A stretch of DNA of 61,992 nucleotides, filler included, from Hausera hauseri (taxonomy: Eukaryota): NCBI GenBank assembly GCA_046269625.1. It is 10 parts of 10 records of this genome, joined end to end, with 100 filler letters (N's around TTAATTAATTAA, not from the genome) between each part and the next. Parts side by side here need not be neighbours in the genome. Positions count along the whole stretch, not along the records: positions 36,496 to 41,778 come from JBJURY010290947.1; positions 41,879 to 50,399 come from JBJURY010617664.1; 8 more parts are not named here. One strand, 5' to 3'. Numbering within the stretch: position 1 is the first letter of the stretch; every line of letters begins with the position of its first letter. Of the stretch, positions 36,496 to 50,499 are shown one piece after another. The translations under genes were made by a program, and so were the position numbers. The notes beneath the pieces are model-generated. The model did no database searches. It saw nothing but the letters and a program-made list of their open reading frames with translations, and was not told where the DNA came from.

Positions 36496-38280
36496 ACAAG
36501 TAAATTATAGTGGGACAGAAAGTCTGAACCCAATATAGGTGTGCGTACATTGGCTACTGTAAATTTCCAAATAAATATGTCTGGAAAATTGGGAAAAGTG
36601 AAAGTTAATTTGGTAACACCAAAAGTTTGTAAAGGTTCACCGGACGCAGTGAACAGTTGCTTTTTTGAAGTAAAATTGTTTTAAATATGCTGTGTTGGTG
36701 GTAATAAAGAGATTTCTGCGCCAGTGTATATGAGAAAATTGATGTTTTGCTTTGTTGGAGTGACGACTGCCACTTCCAACGTGAATACAGCAAAAGAAAT
36801 GTGTCGGCTATTGTTTTGTAGGTTGTCGCCTTTGCTAGAACTTGCCGTGTGTCCTAGCGGCGAAATCAGTTTTTTGTAGTTGGTGAGTTTGGCCTACTGT
36901 TTTGTGTGGGTTTAATGGTGTTGATTTTATTGTGCGTGTTGTAGTTACAGCAAAGTAGGAATTTTTGTGCTTTTGTTCCAAATTTTGAGTGATAGATGAA
37001 AACGATGTTGCTTGTATTAAAATTGGGGGAGTAAAATTTACAACTGATGCAGCATTTCTGAGCATTTTTACCAAATTTGTTGTGATAACAGCAAATAGAT
37101 GACCGCACGAGCGAAGGCGACCGTCTTTGTCGTTGATTAAGTACATTAAGGGAAGCAGCCCTAGTAAAACTTTGTCGAGGCAGGATCAACTAATTTAATT
37201 TCTCGTTTATGTTGTTAATTGTTTTTTGCAACATTTCATTGTCTGTGTGTAATTGCGCAATTTGTTGCTGCAGCATTGCATTTTGTTTTTGGTGTTTTGT
37301 TGTTAATGCCGCAGAGACAGTTGGTGCTGTGTGTGAGTGCAACACTTCATAGGCTTTGTCCTCCAGTTCGGCAAACTTTTCCAGTGCCGTGGAGTCCTCG
37401 ACCACAGTTAGCAAAGCTCTTGTTTGAAGGGGTAGTGCATTTAGAAAATAGCGGCGAATAAGTTTTGGGCTATGCTCAGATGTTATGCCAAGGGTGTTGA
37501 GGTAAGACAAAGATGTGCGCAAGAATTCAGAAGGCTTTTGAAGGCCCATGGCGTTGTCATTGAAGAACCTTTGAATGATAAAGTCGATTGATAACTCAGT
37601 GCGCTTAAGAGCGGCATTATAAAGTTGAGCATATGGATCGGTGTGGTGAAGAATGTCGATGATGTTTGTAATTTTAGTTTTAGTAGAAGCAGGTAAGTAA
37701 AAAAACAGGCTGTTGGCTTTGGATAAGGGGTCAACAATGTTTTGTGATTAAAGCCAGAATTGATGAAGTTTTAACCATGTTTGGGTAGAATTTTGGCTGT
37801 AGAGGAAGTATTCTGTGCAGAGTGAATGAGTGGGGAATGTGTGCTGTGTCAAAGTGTTTGAAGCACTTTGTTTGGGTAAGTAAGTGATGGAGATCGGTGG
37901 TTTGGTGGGTTTGTCCGTGGTATCAATAGTGGGTGATGAATCGATGCCACCACAGATGCGGAAGTGAATGTGAAGACAAATATTAGATGATGAAGATTGG
38001 AGAGTTCCAACGAGAGGTACCGTGAAGCCGTTATGTGCAAGATAAAAGTCAGGTGAGCGAAGGAAAGCAAAAATGAAGTTATAGATTGCCGTCGTGTTTA
38101 AATGTGTTACTGCATTTGTGCAAATGTGTTATTTAAATAAAATAAGAAGTAAGGAGAGATCGTGTGGCCGGGGACGTGTCGTGGGGCGGCAACGAAGGGT
38201 GCCGTCTAACCCAATAGTATAGGGTGTGCGGCCGAGGCTTCAGCCTCGCCGTGACGGTCCGCAAACTGCGGGGTAACCGA
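36496..38280 (-). mobile_element. Gypsy (CsRn1-like) copy B: degenerate PBS, Ubl, gag, frameshift site, PR
   Basis: CGGTTACCCCG resembles the tRNA-Trp PBS TGGTGACCCCG; LHIHFRICGG; QKPSEFL; two CHCC knuckles; FLIYTGAEISLLP. Confidence 0.88.
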
Positions 38281-38394
38281 TCTCTTACCTGTCTTATTGT
38301 GAATCGTGTTCAAAATTGGAAGAAAATGTTTCTGAATCATTTCTTGCGCTAAAACATTAGATGGATTTTGTATACTGTGGAGACAAATCATCTT

Positions 38395-40154
38395 ATGCAG
38401 GTAATTGTGACTTAGTAACATCAATTAAAATTCGTAAATTATTGGCGGAATTTATGAAAGAATTGTAATTAGGATAATTTACGTGCGGCGGTATTGAGGT
38501 GGTTCCGCTGTAAATGCCCAACGGTGGGATGGCGGATTTGTCAACGATGACAAGTCCAATCGACGGAAACGTCAAAAGCTCTCCAGTTGTTTGGAGTTGT
38601 CGAAGAATGGAAGGAATTTCCATCTTTGTTAAATTGTTTATGGAATCTGTGATACTGGCACTTGCAAAAACTTGAGTTTGAGCAGCTTTTGTAGTTTCAA
38701 GAGCAATTTTCATATCTTCAGTTTGTTTAAAAGGTAAATGTTTGTACATGTTATTTGTAAGTTGTCGAAAATTTTCCTTGAGAATTAACTGAATGAGATC
38801 GTATGTGGTTGTCATGTTACTTCTTTGTTTGCGAATTAATTCTTTTTGCCTTTTATTTATAAAGGTGCCAGATTCAGCAATAAGATCCATTTTACCAACA
38901 GCCACGACTTAATGGTATTTATAAATTTAACTCCATGGGAGGCTTGCTCGAGATTTCTTCTGGATTCGAAAGTACTTTTAAGTAATAGGATGCTTCTTTC
39001 TAGATTTTCGTCTTGGTACAAAAGTTTGTAGTCAAGGAAAGGCTTAAGAATCATTGGGTCAGTGAGAAATTTTTTATATGGTTCAGGCCTGTTTGAGATT
39101 TTCAATGCTACTCCAAGAATGTTTGCTTGATTGTCGGCTACTTCTGTCATGGATGCTAACTTGGTAATAACTACTTTGTTGATTCTTTCCACTAGGTCTT
39201 TAACAGCATTGAATTTTGAACTGAAGTTAGTAATAATTTCGTCAATGCTTGCTTTTATAGTCGATTCGGATATTGACGCAACATAACACATTGAGCATTT
39301 TGGATCATTTCTGTTCCGTCCGATAAGATCAACAGAAATTCTTTCAGAATCTGATGTCAATAAAGTTTGAGCATAGCACCACTGGTCAATAAAATCCTTG
39401 CTTACACATTTCGAATAATTTTCTTGGTTAAGGTGCTCTTTCATGTTAACATTTCGATCGACAAATATCGTTTTCAAGGACGTTACTAAATTTTCAATTG
39501 ACTCAGTGCTGGGTTTTACTTCAATGGCTAAAATTTGGATGACTGAAGAATAAGTCACTCCGCGAATGAAGTCTAAAGCTTTAATAATGTTAAATTCATT
39601 AAATAATGGACTTTCAACGTCCAAAACAATGACAAACATTGAACGACCAACTATGAAAGGAACCATAAAACTCGTTGGGCAAAATAGCTGAATAATGTTA
39701 ATTTTAGTATCACAAAGTGTCCATGCATTTGGCTCGAATATAATTGGAGTTTCTTCTTTTCGAACTTTGAAAGAACAGGTTTTAATGTAATGACCAATGT
39801 CATATTTAAAATTTAGATCTATTGAGAGAATCACTAAGTTTGTTGGTAATGTCTCTGCACTGGTTGCTTCTCGAAATAATGATTGGCTGAAAATTGGATC
39901 AGTTGCCCACAGTTTCTCCGTACAACCATCCAATATTAATTCTTTAATATTCGGAAAATACTGAGCCAATATTTCAATACCTAGATCTGTTAAATGACAG
40001 CAACAAGTTAAATTTATTGACATGATATTTTCCTTTTGGTTTGATTAAGTTCTTGCTTCAAAACAAAGAACACTTCGTCGGAAAGTTGATCAATGCCACT
40101 AAAGTCGAGGGTTATTAGATCTTTAGATGGTCCAATGAGTTTAGTGATGGATTT
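38395..40154 (-). pseudogene. LRR plus degenerate Roc/COR-like (Roco-like) gene fragment, frameshifted
   Basis: LDFSGIDQLSD, INLTCCCHLTDLGI, LILDGC (LRR); RSMFVIVLDV (Roc-like strand); AVGKMD; LQTTGELLTF...LVIVD (COR-like). Confidence 0.45.
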
Positions 40155-40599
40155 CTATAAAATTATCAAAATTATAAATACACTGTCAAAGTTATCAAAT
40201 TTGAACACCATTCCATTCAACAAAAACGTTTGAACTAAATAGGTGCTCAAATTGTAAAATCAGACAAAGATAGAAAAAGTTACCAAGTAGCAAAAATAAA
40301 ATTTTCAATTTAGTTGACCATGACTACAGTAACACTATTGTGCTATCCCCTTATGCCGACATCGAATGGACCCTAAAATGTCAGTCGAGAAAAGCCGTAA
40401 TCGACATAGATGGTTGATACCATGACGTAATACCCCATTCCGAAGAAAAAGAATCAATGAGAAAACAGATTTTAAGTTGAAATTTACGCTTTGGATTTGT
40501 ACTAGATTTAAAAACCATTCAAAAAGAGAAAATCAATTTGTTGAAAGTAAGCTGCTAGCTAAATCCAATATTTCGATTACTTTGCAGTTTTTCCTCTGC

Positions 40600-41110
40600 A
40601 TGCATACACAAGATAAGTTTAATAGACCTTCTCAGTCCCACCAAACTCAGATCATTTTCTTCTTGGGATGAAGACCTTGCCTGACTCTTGGCTTAGGCGT
40701 ATCCCCCAGGGCAATCCACTCCTTTTTCTGCTTCATGCACCCAAGCTCCCGATTTTTCGGAAAATCCCATCAAATGAAGATGATTAAGAATGGTCACATG
40801 ATCGCAGTTCATTTTTTCAGCCAACTCACGACTAGTTTGGCGACCGTCCTCCTTCAAAAATTCTTTTAGACGCTCTCATCGAATTCTGAAGGTCGTCGGG
40901 TGCGGACCGTGTCGTTGAGGTCATAGTCGCCTTTTTTGAACTTTGAAAACCGTTTCCACGCAGTAGACTCGCCTATGACATTCTTTCCATACACGTTGCA
41001 GATGTCCCGAGCTGCCTCAGCAGCTTTTTAGCCTCGATGAAAAGTGAAGAACAGTAAATGTTGAAAACGCTCATTTTTACCTTTGAATATTCCATTTCCG
41101 AGCCTACAAA
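40600..41110 (-). mobile_element. Mariner transposase remnant
   Basis: ESTAWKRFSKFKKGDYDLND..RTRRP; LHPKKKMI.VWWD. Confidence 0.8.
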
Positions 41111-43144
41111 ATTATGAAGAATTAAAATATTCGGAAAAACGATTATAACAGTTTTGTAGAGCAAAATGACCTCTTTCGAATAGTATATACATCGTGCGAA
41201 ATAATGCACAATTCGTTATAAACAAAATCCAACTTGGGTAAAATAGAACAAAATTCACGATATATACTAATATAACTTGGGTAAAACAGCACAAAATGTA
41301 TTTATTCATTCAATAATGGATTCAATAATGAAAAGGTGCGTGCGTTTAAGTTAAGTACAGATCAACAATATAAAGAGCTCCGTATTTATATAATTTCATG
41401 AAAACTCCTTTTTTATGGCCAATGGATTAAATCAACAATGTCGATGTGAGATGTCTTAATTATCGCTATATATAGTAGGTAGAAGTGAGGGTTCCAGCCC
41501 ACTTTCCCAAAAGTGCTCAGATCGACCTCTGACTAAGTTTTCCCCACCTATCTTGCAATTCTGAGCATTTCATGTTTTTTCGTCGGAAGACCCCCCTCAG
41601 CCGGAAACACATGTCATGTGTCATCAATGGTAATCGGTAGTGCTCGATGAGGCGAGAAAATTTTTATAGAACGGCGCCAGTCAAAAATGTAACCGGGAGG
41701 CGCTAGATGCAAAAGAAGCAAAACGGGAAATGTTCTACTAGAAACGAGACACGAGTTACCAATTTCGCAATGTTTGGTNNNNNNNNNNNNNNNNNNNNNN
41801 NNNNNNNNNNNNNNNNNNNNNNTTAATTAATTAANNNNNNNNNNNNNNNNNNNNNNNNNNNNNNNNNNNNNNNNNNNNCTTGAAAAATATGATAAACTGC
41901 AATATAGACATAGAATCATTTCTTTGCAAAGAAAGCCATGAGTCGATTAGTATTTTTAATAATAAGACTTCACGTTTAATCGTTGATACCGCTTACGAAA
42001 GATTGGAAGATATAGATAAAAAATAATACTTTTCATCAATATTAAGTAATATTTAAATCTGAAAATGTATTATCCAGTGATATACTTTTAACTGATAACT
42101 TTAGCGATAGTTTTCCCATACCTGATCCACCATCAGAAAGGAGTGTTATTCAACTTACTCTGTGTTATAATGTGCCATATTTGACATTTATAAATGTCAA
42201 TGATTACATCATTGGATTTTGGACCTTTGGTTCACTTGTAAATTTACCATCGGTAATTTGTCGCATAAAGAAGCACAAGAAACCGAAACTTTTATGTTTA
42301 TACCCTTTATTCCCACAAAAGTATGCTACATCTAAAGAATTTTTGAACTCAATCCAATCAGTTGAAGATAAGGGCGAGATATCATATGTAAATATTTTGT
42401 CGGTAAAACATAAAAAGTATTTCATCGCCAATCAATGATCATAACATAGCAACAGATGATAGTGAGAGTTCCGATGCAAGACACAATTCACGGGATAAAA
42501 CTGATCATTTAAAATAATCAAACATATTGATCCATGAAGCCAAACGTAATTCGACAGGGATTATTTCTGTCGATTCAGTTGATCGAATAAAATCATTAAA
42601 GCCGATAAAGCTCGAAACATTTTTGGTTCGTGAACAATGCCATAGAAGCGTAAAGAAGGATTTTCTTGTTGTTGAATTATCTGAGACATTTGACAGTCAG
42701 TGAGTGCCTGCCGAAGAGAAGTTTTTCAACATCTACAGCGAAGAATCAAAAGATGACTTGTCGGTTAATAACTGTAAATTAGAGAAGAAACATTTTTACA
42801 TGCACGATAGTTCAAACATTTGTGGAATCAAGCCCGTCCAGTTCTGATACGACATATTGTTTTGAATACCAAACAATCCCTTATTTAACAAACAAGTTTT
42901 TCTATAACTCTACAATCCAATTTGATATTGAACTGTACGACAGGATTTTACCAACCAAAAACTCGTTTAAAGTGTTCTGAAACTGCCCAACTGAAACCTA
43001 GTCTATCCGGTCTATCCAGAGGTGTTTCTTCAGACTTGACAATTGCAGACACATCAATTCAGCCAAAAGTAAGGGTGCAAAGTAATTTTGTTATTGAATA
43101 TATTACTCTATTCACGGCGCATTCAACAAATTGTCGGACTGAGG

Positions 43145-46100
43145 GACTGAGCGTGCCCGTCCCCGATGCACCACGTCCCTTATCCAATAACATACACTTC
43201 TATACCTTCAGTGCGACACAGTACCTTCATGCTGCGCTGCTCAGACTTTTATCTTGTATCATGGCTCCATACTTAACGTCCATGACCAACTTTCTTCCTT
43301 TTCCTCCCGAATCATCCACCTCACTCTCCACTTTCGCCTACGGGGTGAATCGGACCCCGATCCTTCTTATGCTGAAAACTCCACCAAGACCAGATCTGGT
43401 CGTCGTCCTGCTGACCCTATACTATCCGCCTCTCCTAACCTTCCTCGCAGATTTTTCCTTGACAAAACTAATTTAAGTCGCACCTGGCTACAGTTTCATT
43501 TGCAATGGCTTAAAGCCAATGACATCACCGATTCTTTCATGCATGTGAACAGCTTGTTGCTTCTTACAGCAAATATCAAGCAGCAAATCAATAATCTTGC
43601 CGATATACTCACCTCTTCATATCCATATGACATGCTTTATAAATCAGTCCTACATATTGCCGACCCTTCCATTGACAGCATAATACAAAAATACTTTAAT
43701 GAACATGCTATCGGAACTTAAAAGCCGTCTGATTTCCTTAAAACCGCAATTTCTCAAATGAGTTCCTTAGGCGTCACTTCTACAAACAATGTCGATCTTC
43801 TTTGTTAGTATTTTCTTTCTTTCTTATCCACTTCCATCAGAGCATTGTTCAGTCTTAGACGATTCAACAGCACTTGAAAAGCTCGCCTTACTAGCAGATA
43901 AAAATTTCGACATCTTGCAATCTAACAACTAACAACCAGTAGCTGCAGCAACCGCTCACACGCCATCACACGCAACTGCATATGATGCAGAAACAATTCG
44001 ACACACTTCAACAGGCAATTTCTGCGATTACAGCCCAACTTAGTGATTTATGTGTGCCTTGAAGAAGTGAAAACCGTGTTTCGCGCGATCGTAGCCTTTC
44101 AAGGAATTCCTTTCGATCCAAATCTTGATATGGAAGAATAATTTGCATTTATCATAACAAATTCCACAGAGATGCAAGAAAATATTTTTTGGGCTGTCGA
44201 TTTTACGACGAACGTTACGCAGTAGACAGCCAAATCTGCATTTATCACACAAAGTATCAGTCCAGCGCTAGGTCGTGTGTGCCAGGATGCAAATATTATA
44301 AAAAGAATTCTAGTTTTTCTCCATCTTCTTCGCCTCCTAACTCTTATCATTCCTTTTCTTTTTCCCAACAAACCTGAAAAAATTAACAACGCCGTCATAT
44401 GCCACGGCACATTGTGGTATAGGCAATACCGATCAATTTTCTGGCCGTCTTAACACCGCCTCTGCAGTTTTTCTGTTAAAATCTGCATTGTTCCCCAGTA
44501 ATGTTTCACATATCGACTTCCTTATCGATTCACAAGCTGCATTTTCGCTTCTTCCATTATCCTTCGCTCCTACATCCACTATAATTTCTTCTCCACCACT
44601 CTTCACTGCCAGTGGTCAACCGTTGCACATCGCAGGCACCACGGAACTGATTTTAACATTCGCCAACTTGCCAGATAAGTTTATCTGGAAATTCCCCTGG
44701 CTAATACTAAATCCCCCATAATCGACTCAGATTTTCTGACCGCACATGACCTGCTAGTTGACTGCAAGTATCGCTGTCTTATGCCCAGAAACTCTGTCGT
44801 GGATACCAACAAATATCTACCAAACAGCTCAGTAGAAACTCCGTTGTTGTCGGCCGTTAAATCGCGTGTGAATTTGAAAACTTGTTCGTCAACTAATAAC
44901 GGTACATTTAATAATTCATACATTTCTTCTATTACATCAAACGTATCTAAGTTAATTTTAAAACAACCGAGTAAACGTAGTGTTGATGGTGGCAGTTGCA
45001 GTTGTTCTTCTCCAACATTATCCACTGTCACTCCTGGTGATATGCCTCAATCATTCTCATCGCTGGATTCCAATCTCAAATCCTATATCACAATTTCTTG
45101 CTTCCGCACACTCAAAAAGGACGTCAACTTCAAGCCGTTTTCTACAACTTATCACCATATAATTATCGAACACCAAAGACCAATCAGACAAAAGGTCAGA
45201 CCACTGTCACCTCGTAAGCGAAAAGCCATTGAATCAGAATTTAATGAACTCGAAAAGGCTGGCATTATTTGAAGATAAAAATCACCATGGGCTTTACCAT
45301 TGCATGTATTAACATGGAAAGATGGCACATACAGACCATATGGTAACTATCGGCAGTTAAACAACCTAACAGCCCTGAATGCTTACCCTTTATTTCTCAT
45401 AAAGGACATCCTGCACAGTCTAACCAATACTACTACGTACTCCACAATTGATATGCATAAAGCTTATCATCAAATTCCGGTTGCACCTGATGACATTCTC
45501 AAAACTGATGTCATTACTCCATTTGGCTTCTATGAATATACTTTTATGCCATTTGGTTTAAGTATCGCTTCCCAAACTTTTCAAAGGCACATTGATACCG
45601 TTCTGTCAAGACTTGATTTTGCTCATCCATACATTTATGACATATTAGTTGCCTCCACATCTCTTAAACAACATCAAGAACACCTTTGTATTATCTTTCA
45701 CACACTACATCACTGGAATTTGCAAGTCAATTTCTCCAAGTGTCACTTCTTTCAAAAACGTGTTAATTTCCTAGGTCACGTCATCACTTTTTACGGCCAC
45801 TCTCCACAACAATTAAAAAATATAACGCTACCAAAGACTACTACGGATATGAGGAGTTTCTTAGGCACACTCCACTTCATCTACAAATACGTACCGCATT
45901 GCTCTGAGCTTACAGCCCCTTTCGCATATCTGTCATTCTGAAAAAGCGGCAGTCGGTGCACTGGACTACTGATTTAGTCACCAAATTCGAACACCTACGC
46001 GAAGGCCTAAAACCGTCGAAATACTAGCCTATCCAAAGCCCAACGCAGATCTTACAATTACCACCGATGCCTCTATCACAGCTACCGGTGCAGTACTACA

Positions 46101-48380
46101 CCAGATCTCTAACGGCGTCGACAAACCATAAGAATTTTACTTCAGAAAACGTACACAACCCGAAAGCCGTTACTCAACATTTGACATTGAGTTACCCGCC
46201 ATAGTTTTGGCAATAAAACATTTCACATACCTACTTCTGTCTTGTCCATTTGTCATTTAAACTGATCACAAGCCTCTCTGATATCATGTAGTTAAAACAG
46301 CCATCACCGAGGCAAGAACGACATATATCATACCTGTCTACATTCAGTTTCGTTTTAGAATACATCTCGGGTACAGACAATTTGGTAGCAGATTTTCTAT
46401 TGAGGTCGGTTGGCTCCATTACAGTTGAGCCGATTTTCTCATTCGAAGTTCTAAAGGCCAATCAACCGCATGCTGACTTCCTTGCCTCTTTCAAATCCTT
46501 CGAAATCATTGATGGCATTGCTTTTAATACGTCGAATTCCGGTAATAAAAGATCATTCTAACTCCACCTTTACAAAAGCCAGCCTTCCTTTATACGCATT
46601 CACTCCATCATTCGGGTTCGAAAGCCACCTTTCGCCTGCTTCAACGTCAAGTAGTTTGGCCATCAATGCGCAAAGATGTGCAGGGCCGAGTTAAGGAATG
46701 CATAGCCTTTCAAAAATACAAAATCAACAAACACCTTAAACCGTCCCTTTACCATTTCCCCAGCACATCACGTTTTCATACAGTTCATCTTGATTTCGTT
46801 GGCCCTTTACCTTCTGACCACGGATATAAATATATCCTTACTATGATGGATCGTCCTCGCTGGCCTGAAACCGTTGCTCTCCGTTCAACGAACCATGATT
46901 CAGTAGCTGATGCATTTGTAAAAATCTGGATCAGTCGTTTTTGTTCCCCACATTACATAATAACGGATCAAGGTCCACAATTTGAGTCGGACCTCATCAA
47001 ATCATTGTCAAACGCCTAGGGATATCCCATTTTCATACAACATCATATCATCCTCAAGCGAATGGCCTCCTTGAAAGCTTCCATCGAACAATGAAAATAT
47101 CTATAAAAATCTTGGCTGACAATCATCGTAATTGGACGTCCATTCTAACATTTGTTCTACTAGGGTGGCGCAACACATTCTCTACCATTACCGGTTGTGT
47201 TGCAGCCGAGGCACTCTTTGGAACTCAAGTTCGTGCCTTATTCGAAATTTCTGATCTCGACGACAACCCCACAGAAGAAAACAATCGTGCAGCACAGTCT
47301 CACTTTGTCGAGGTCAGCTCAGAATCCTTTTGCCGTCTATTCAACAATAACAAATCGTACATTCCGAAGGATTTATACACCACCAAGTTTGTTTGGCTGA
47401 AAGATAAATCGCCTTCTGGTTTTAGACCTCAATATGTTGGCCCATACAAACTGATGAATCTCTCATCTCATACAGCAACCATTTTATGCCAAGATATACC
47501 TTACAACATCCACAATTCGAATGTGAAGCCCGTTTTCTTCATTGATGACAATCTGGATGCCAATTCTACCTCCAATTCAAATTCAACTCCTACTCCTTCT
47601 GATTTTCTAAATCACTTTGAGCCATTACAACAATCACTTTCTTGTCCCTCTCTTTCATCATCTCCTCCACCTTTTTCATCTCCATTACTTACATCGACTG
47701 TTTCATCGCCTTCAATTGCATCGCCTCTTTTGCTTGACTTATACTCCTCAACACCCTCATCAGTTTCATCACGAGCAACACCACGCACTGAATCAGATAA
47801 TCACACAAAACTTCCATCACAAATGTCACTCAACAGCCAAGCACAAATCAATCAAGTAAGGCACGCAGAGTGATATTTAGCAATTACAGCAAAGAAAAGT
47901 GCTTCGATGGTACACAACGCCTGACACATACCAAAACCGAATAGGCACTAAATATTGTTCCTCTGTTATTTCATTGTTTTCATCTTGATTATCCCGTTGT
48001 TTTAACCTTTACATAGTTTGTCTTCTGGCACGGGGGGTTGATGTGGTGCCGCGGTCGCGGGCGCGAATTGTGTTAATGGGGCAATTCATCAGAAAGTATA
48101 TCAGAAGATACAGCAGCTCAAGAGAAATTGACAGTTCAGAAAGTGACAATCAGAGCTCAAAACTAATCATTCGTTCGGTAGATACATGTCATGCAGTTCA
48201 TTTCAAACCTAAAATTGATACGTCATCTCGCACTTCTACGAATTTCCTTTCTAGCCTACAAAAGTTGTGAAATCGCTGAATAAAGCTTTATCTCTCGTAT
48301 GACGTGATCTTGTATCGTGTGATGCCTGTTTGCAGTTCTTTTTTTATTTGACTATCATATTATATATATATTTGTACATA
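43145..48380 (+). mobile_element. Gypsy (CsRn1-like) copy C: Ubl-gag-PR-RT-RH-IN-PPT-3'LTR, decayed
   Basis: LHFRLRGE; CIYH..Y...ARSCVPGC; FLIDSQA; IDMHKAYHQIP; YIYD; TTDAS; VHLDFVGPLP, ITDQGPQFES, YVGPY; G-run at 48032-48037, then TGTGG at 48042. Confidence 0.92.
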
Positions 48381-48949
48381 TAACTGTGTGAATAATTGAA
48401 TAATTGATAATTGATATTTTTTTGAATAGAAAGTTGTTTTGCAGCCTTTTCTTTGGGATTCATTATAACTGTTCTCTTATTTACGTCCTACATTGATCTA
48501 AAAGGAGTCATGTACATTGATCACATTTCACTATTATTATATTTTAGTTTTAAAAATGAAGAAAGTTTCTTCGTTGCTTATAACTGGAAAAATTTAAAAC
48601 CTTTAAATAAATATGAAAAATTGTCAAAAAATGATAAGATAAATTTTAAATTATTTAACTATCAGTTAATTAATGCAAGTTTAAAAAGGAATTTAATAAT
48701 GCCACACATCCAAATTGCGGGAAACTCCTAAATTTGTCATCTACCACTTCACTGCAGACATCCTGTGAATTAACTCGGGTAATGACCGACAACAATGGTA
48801 AAAACGATAAAGAATATATGGACAATCGGCAGCCAAACTCCTAAACTCCCTAAAGATAAGAGCATGGAGAAGGTTCAGGGACTAAAAGGATCTGGGGATG
48901 AAGAATCTGATCAATTCTAATGATTTCTTAATATATAGTCCAGTCGAAA

Positions 48950-50160
48950 ATGAAAGTTTGCGAATTAACTGCCGCTAACGCGACTAGATATTAGACTAGA
49001 TGAAAATTACTAATCACATGAATGGTCAAAACCAATAAATCGAATATATGCTGCAGCTTTAAAACTTGACATTACATATCGTTCTGAGGATCTGCAATAC
49101 ATACACATTGCAGATGTTAAAATGGTACATGAATTAAATAATATTCCAAATCCAACAATGAGAGAAAAAATTGGAAGAGCTCTTGTAAAACTCATAATGA
49201 AAAGCAAGCTGCTTTTCGGAAGTGGAATTCCTATGAAAGGTAAAATAGTTACAGAAACTCGATTGCATAGATTAACAAAAATGAAAGCAATTGAAAACGT
49301 CTACAAAAGCCAAGATGATTACAAAGATGTTGAAGCAAAGAACATTCCAGATTTTCAGATGAACAAATACTATTTTCATGAGTTACATCATGAATATAGA
49401 AAACCAAAACGATTACTCAAAGTACATGTTTATCAAAAAGATAATTTAGCCGTTATGCCAAACAAATCAACAGATTTTGAAAAATACAAATACATTCTAG
49501 TTGTGACTGATTTATACACTAAATATGGATGGGAAATTCCAATGCAAAGTAGAACCCAGAAACACTAAGAGAATCATTTGAACTAGTATTTGAGAATGAT
49601 CAAAGAGTTCCAAATAAAATTTGGTTTGATAAGTAAGCAGGAATAAGATCAAAATATTTTGATAAATTCTTAAAGGAAAATCATATTACACTGTATCACA
49701 CTGAAAATGAAGGAAAATCAGTATTTGCAGAACGACTTATTAGAACCTTGAAAGAAAACATATGGAAACATTTTACTGGGCAAGGAAATCAAAAATTGTA
49801 TATTAAATTATTACAAAATATTGTTAAAGAGGACATTAATACAATTCATTCAACCACCAAAGAAACACCATTCAATGCTTCTAAAAATCCAAATTTAGGT
49901 AAAGATATTAGTAAGGAAAATATTTTACAAAAATGTAGACTTGGATAATCAGAAACCAAAGTTCAAAATAGGTGATTATGTAAGAATTTATAAATGCAAA
50001 AAAACTTTTTAAAAAAGGATATACTCATTCTTTTACAAAAGGAGTATTTATTATTGATAATGTATTATATACATTGCCAATAACATATAAATTAAAAGAT
50101 TTAAACGGAGAAAAATATTAGGAACCTTTTATACAGAAGAATTATTGAAAAGTAAAGCTT
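48950..50160 (+). mobile_element. Polinton/Maverick remnant: PLA2-like ORF followed by retroviral-type integrase
   Basis: KPINRIYAAALKLDITY...IAD..M...TMREK..LVK.IMKSK..FGSG; ELHHEYRK; YKYILVVTDLYTKYGW; PNKIWFDK; TENEGKSVFAERLIRTLK. Confidence 0.8.
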
Positions 50161-50325
50161 AGCTTAGCATAGGCATTGAATTATTTACATAAAAATAGGA
50201 ACATAAGTTTTTGAAAAAAGTTTCAAATCAAAATTAAATCTAGATTACAATCAACATTTTACTCATGATGTTAAAAATGTGATTATACAATAATATTACC
50301 ATCATCAGAAACAACTGAAAATTTA

Positions 50326-50399
50326 ACACTAGAACAGCCGACCGGGTCATTTTGACCCGAAATGAACTTTATTGTACTATTACTCATGGAGTTTAAGAG
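50326..50399. mobile_element. Probable piggyBac terminus
   Basis: TTAA|CACTAGAA followed by the palindrome CGGGTCATTTTGACCCG; cut by contig end. Confidence 0.5.
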
Positions 50400-50499
50400 N
50401 NNNNNNNNNNNNNNNNNNNNNNNNNNNNNNNNNNNNNNNNNNNTTAATTAATTAANNNNNNNNNNNNNNNNNNNNNNNNNNNNNNNNNNNNNNNNNNNN

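Noticed and set aside
41879-43130. Decayed coding-like sequence
   Set aside because: No family identified by eye.
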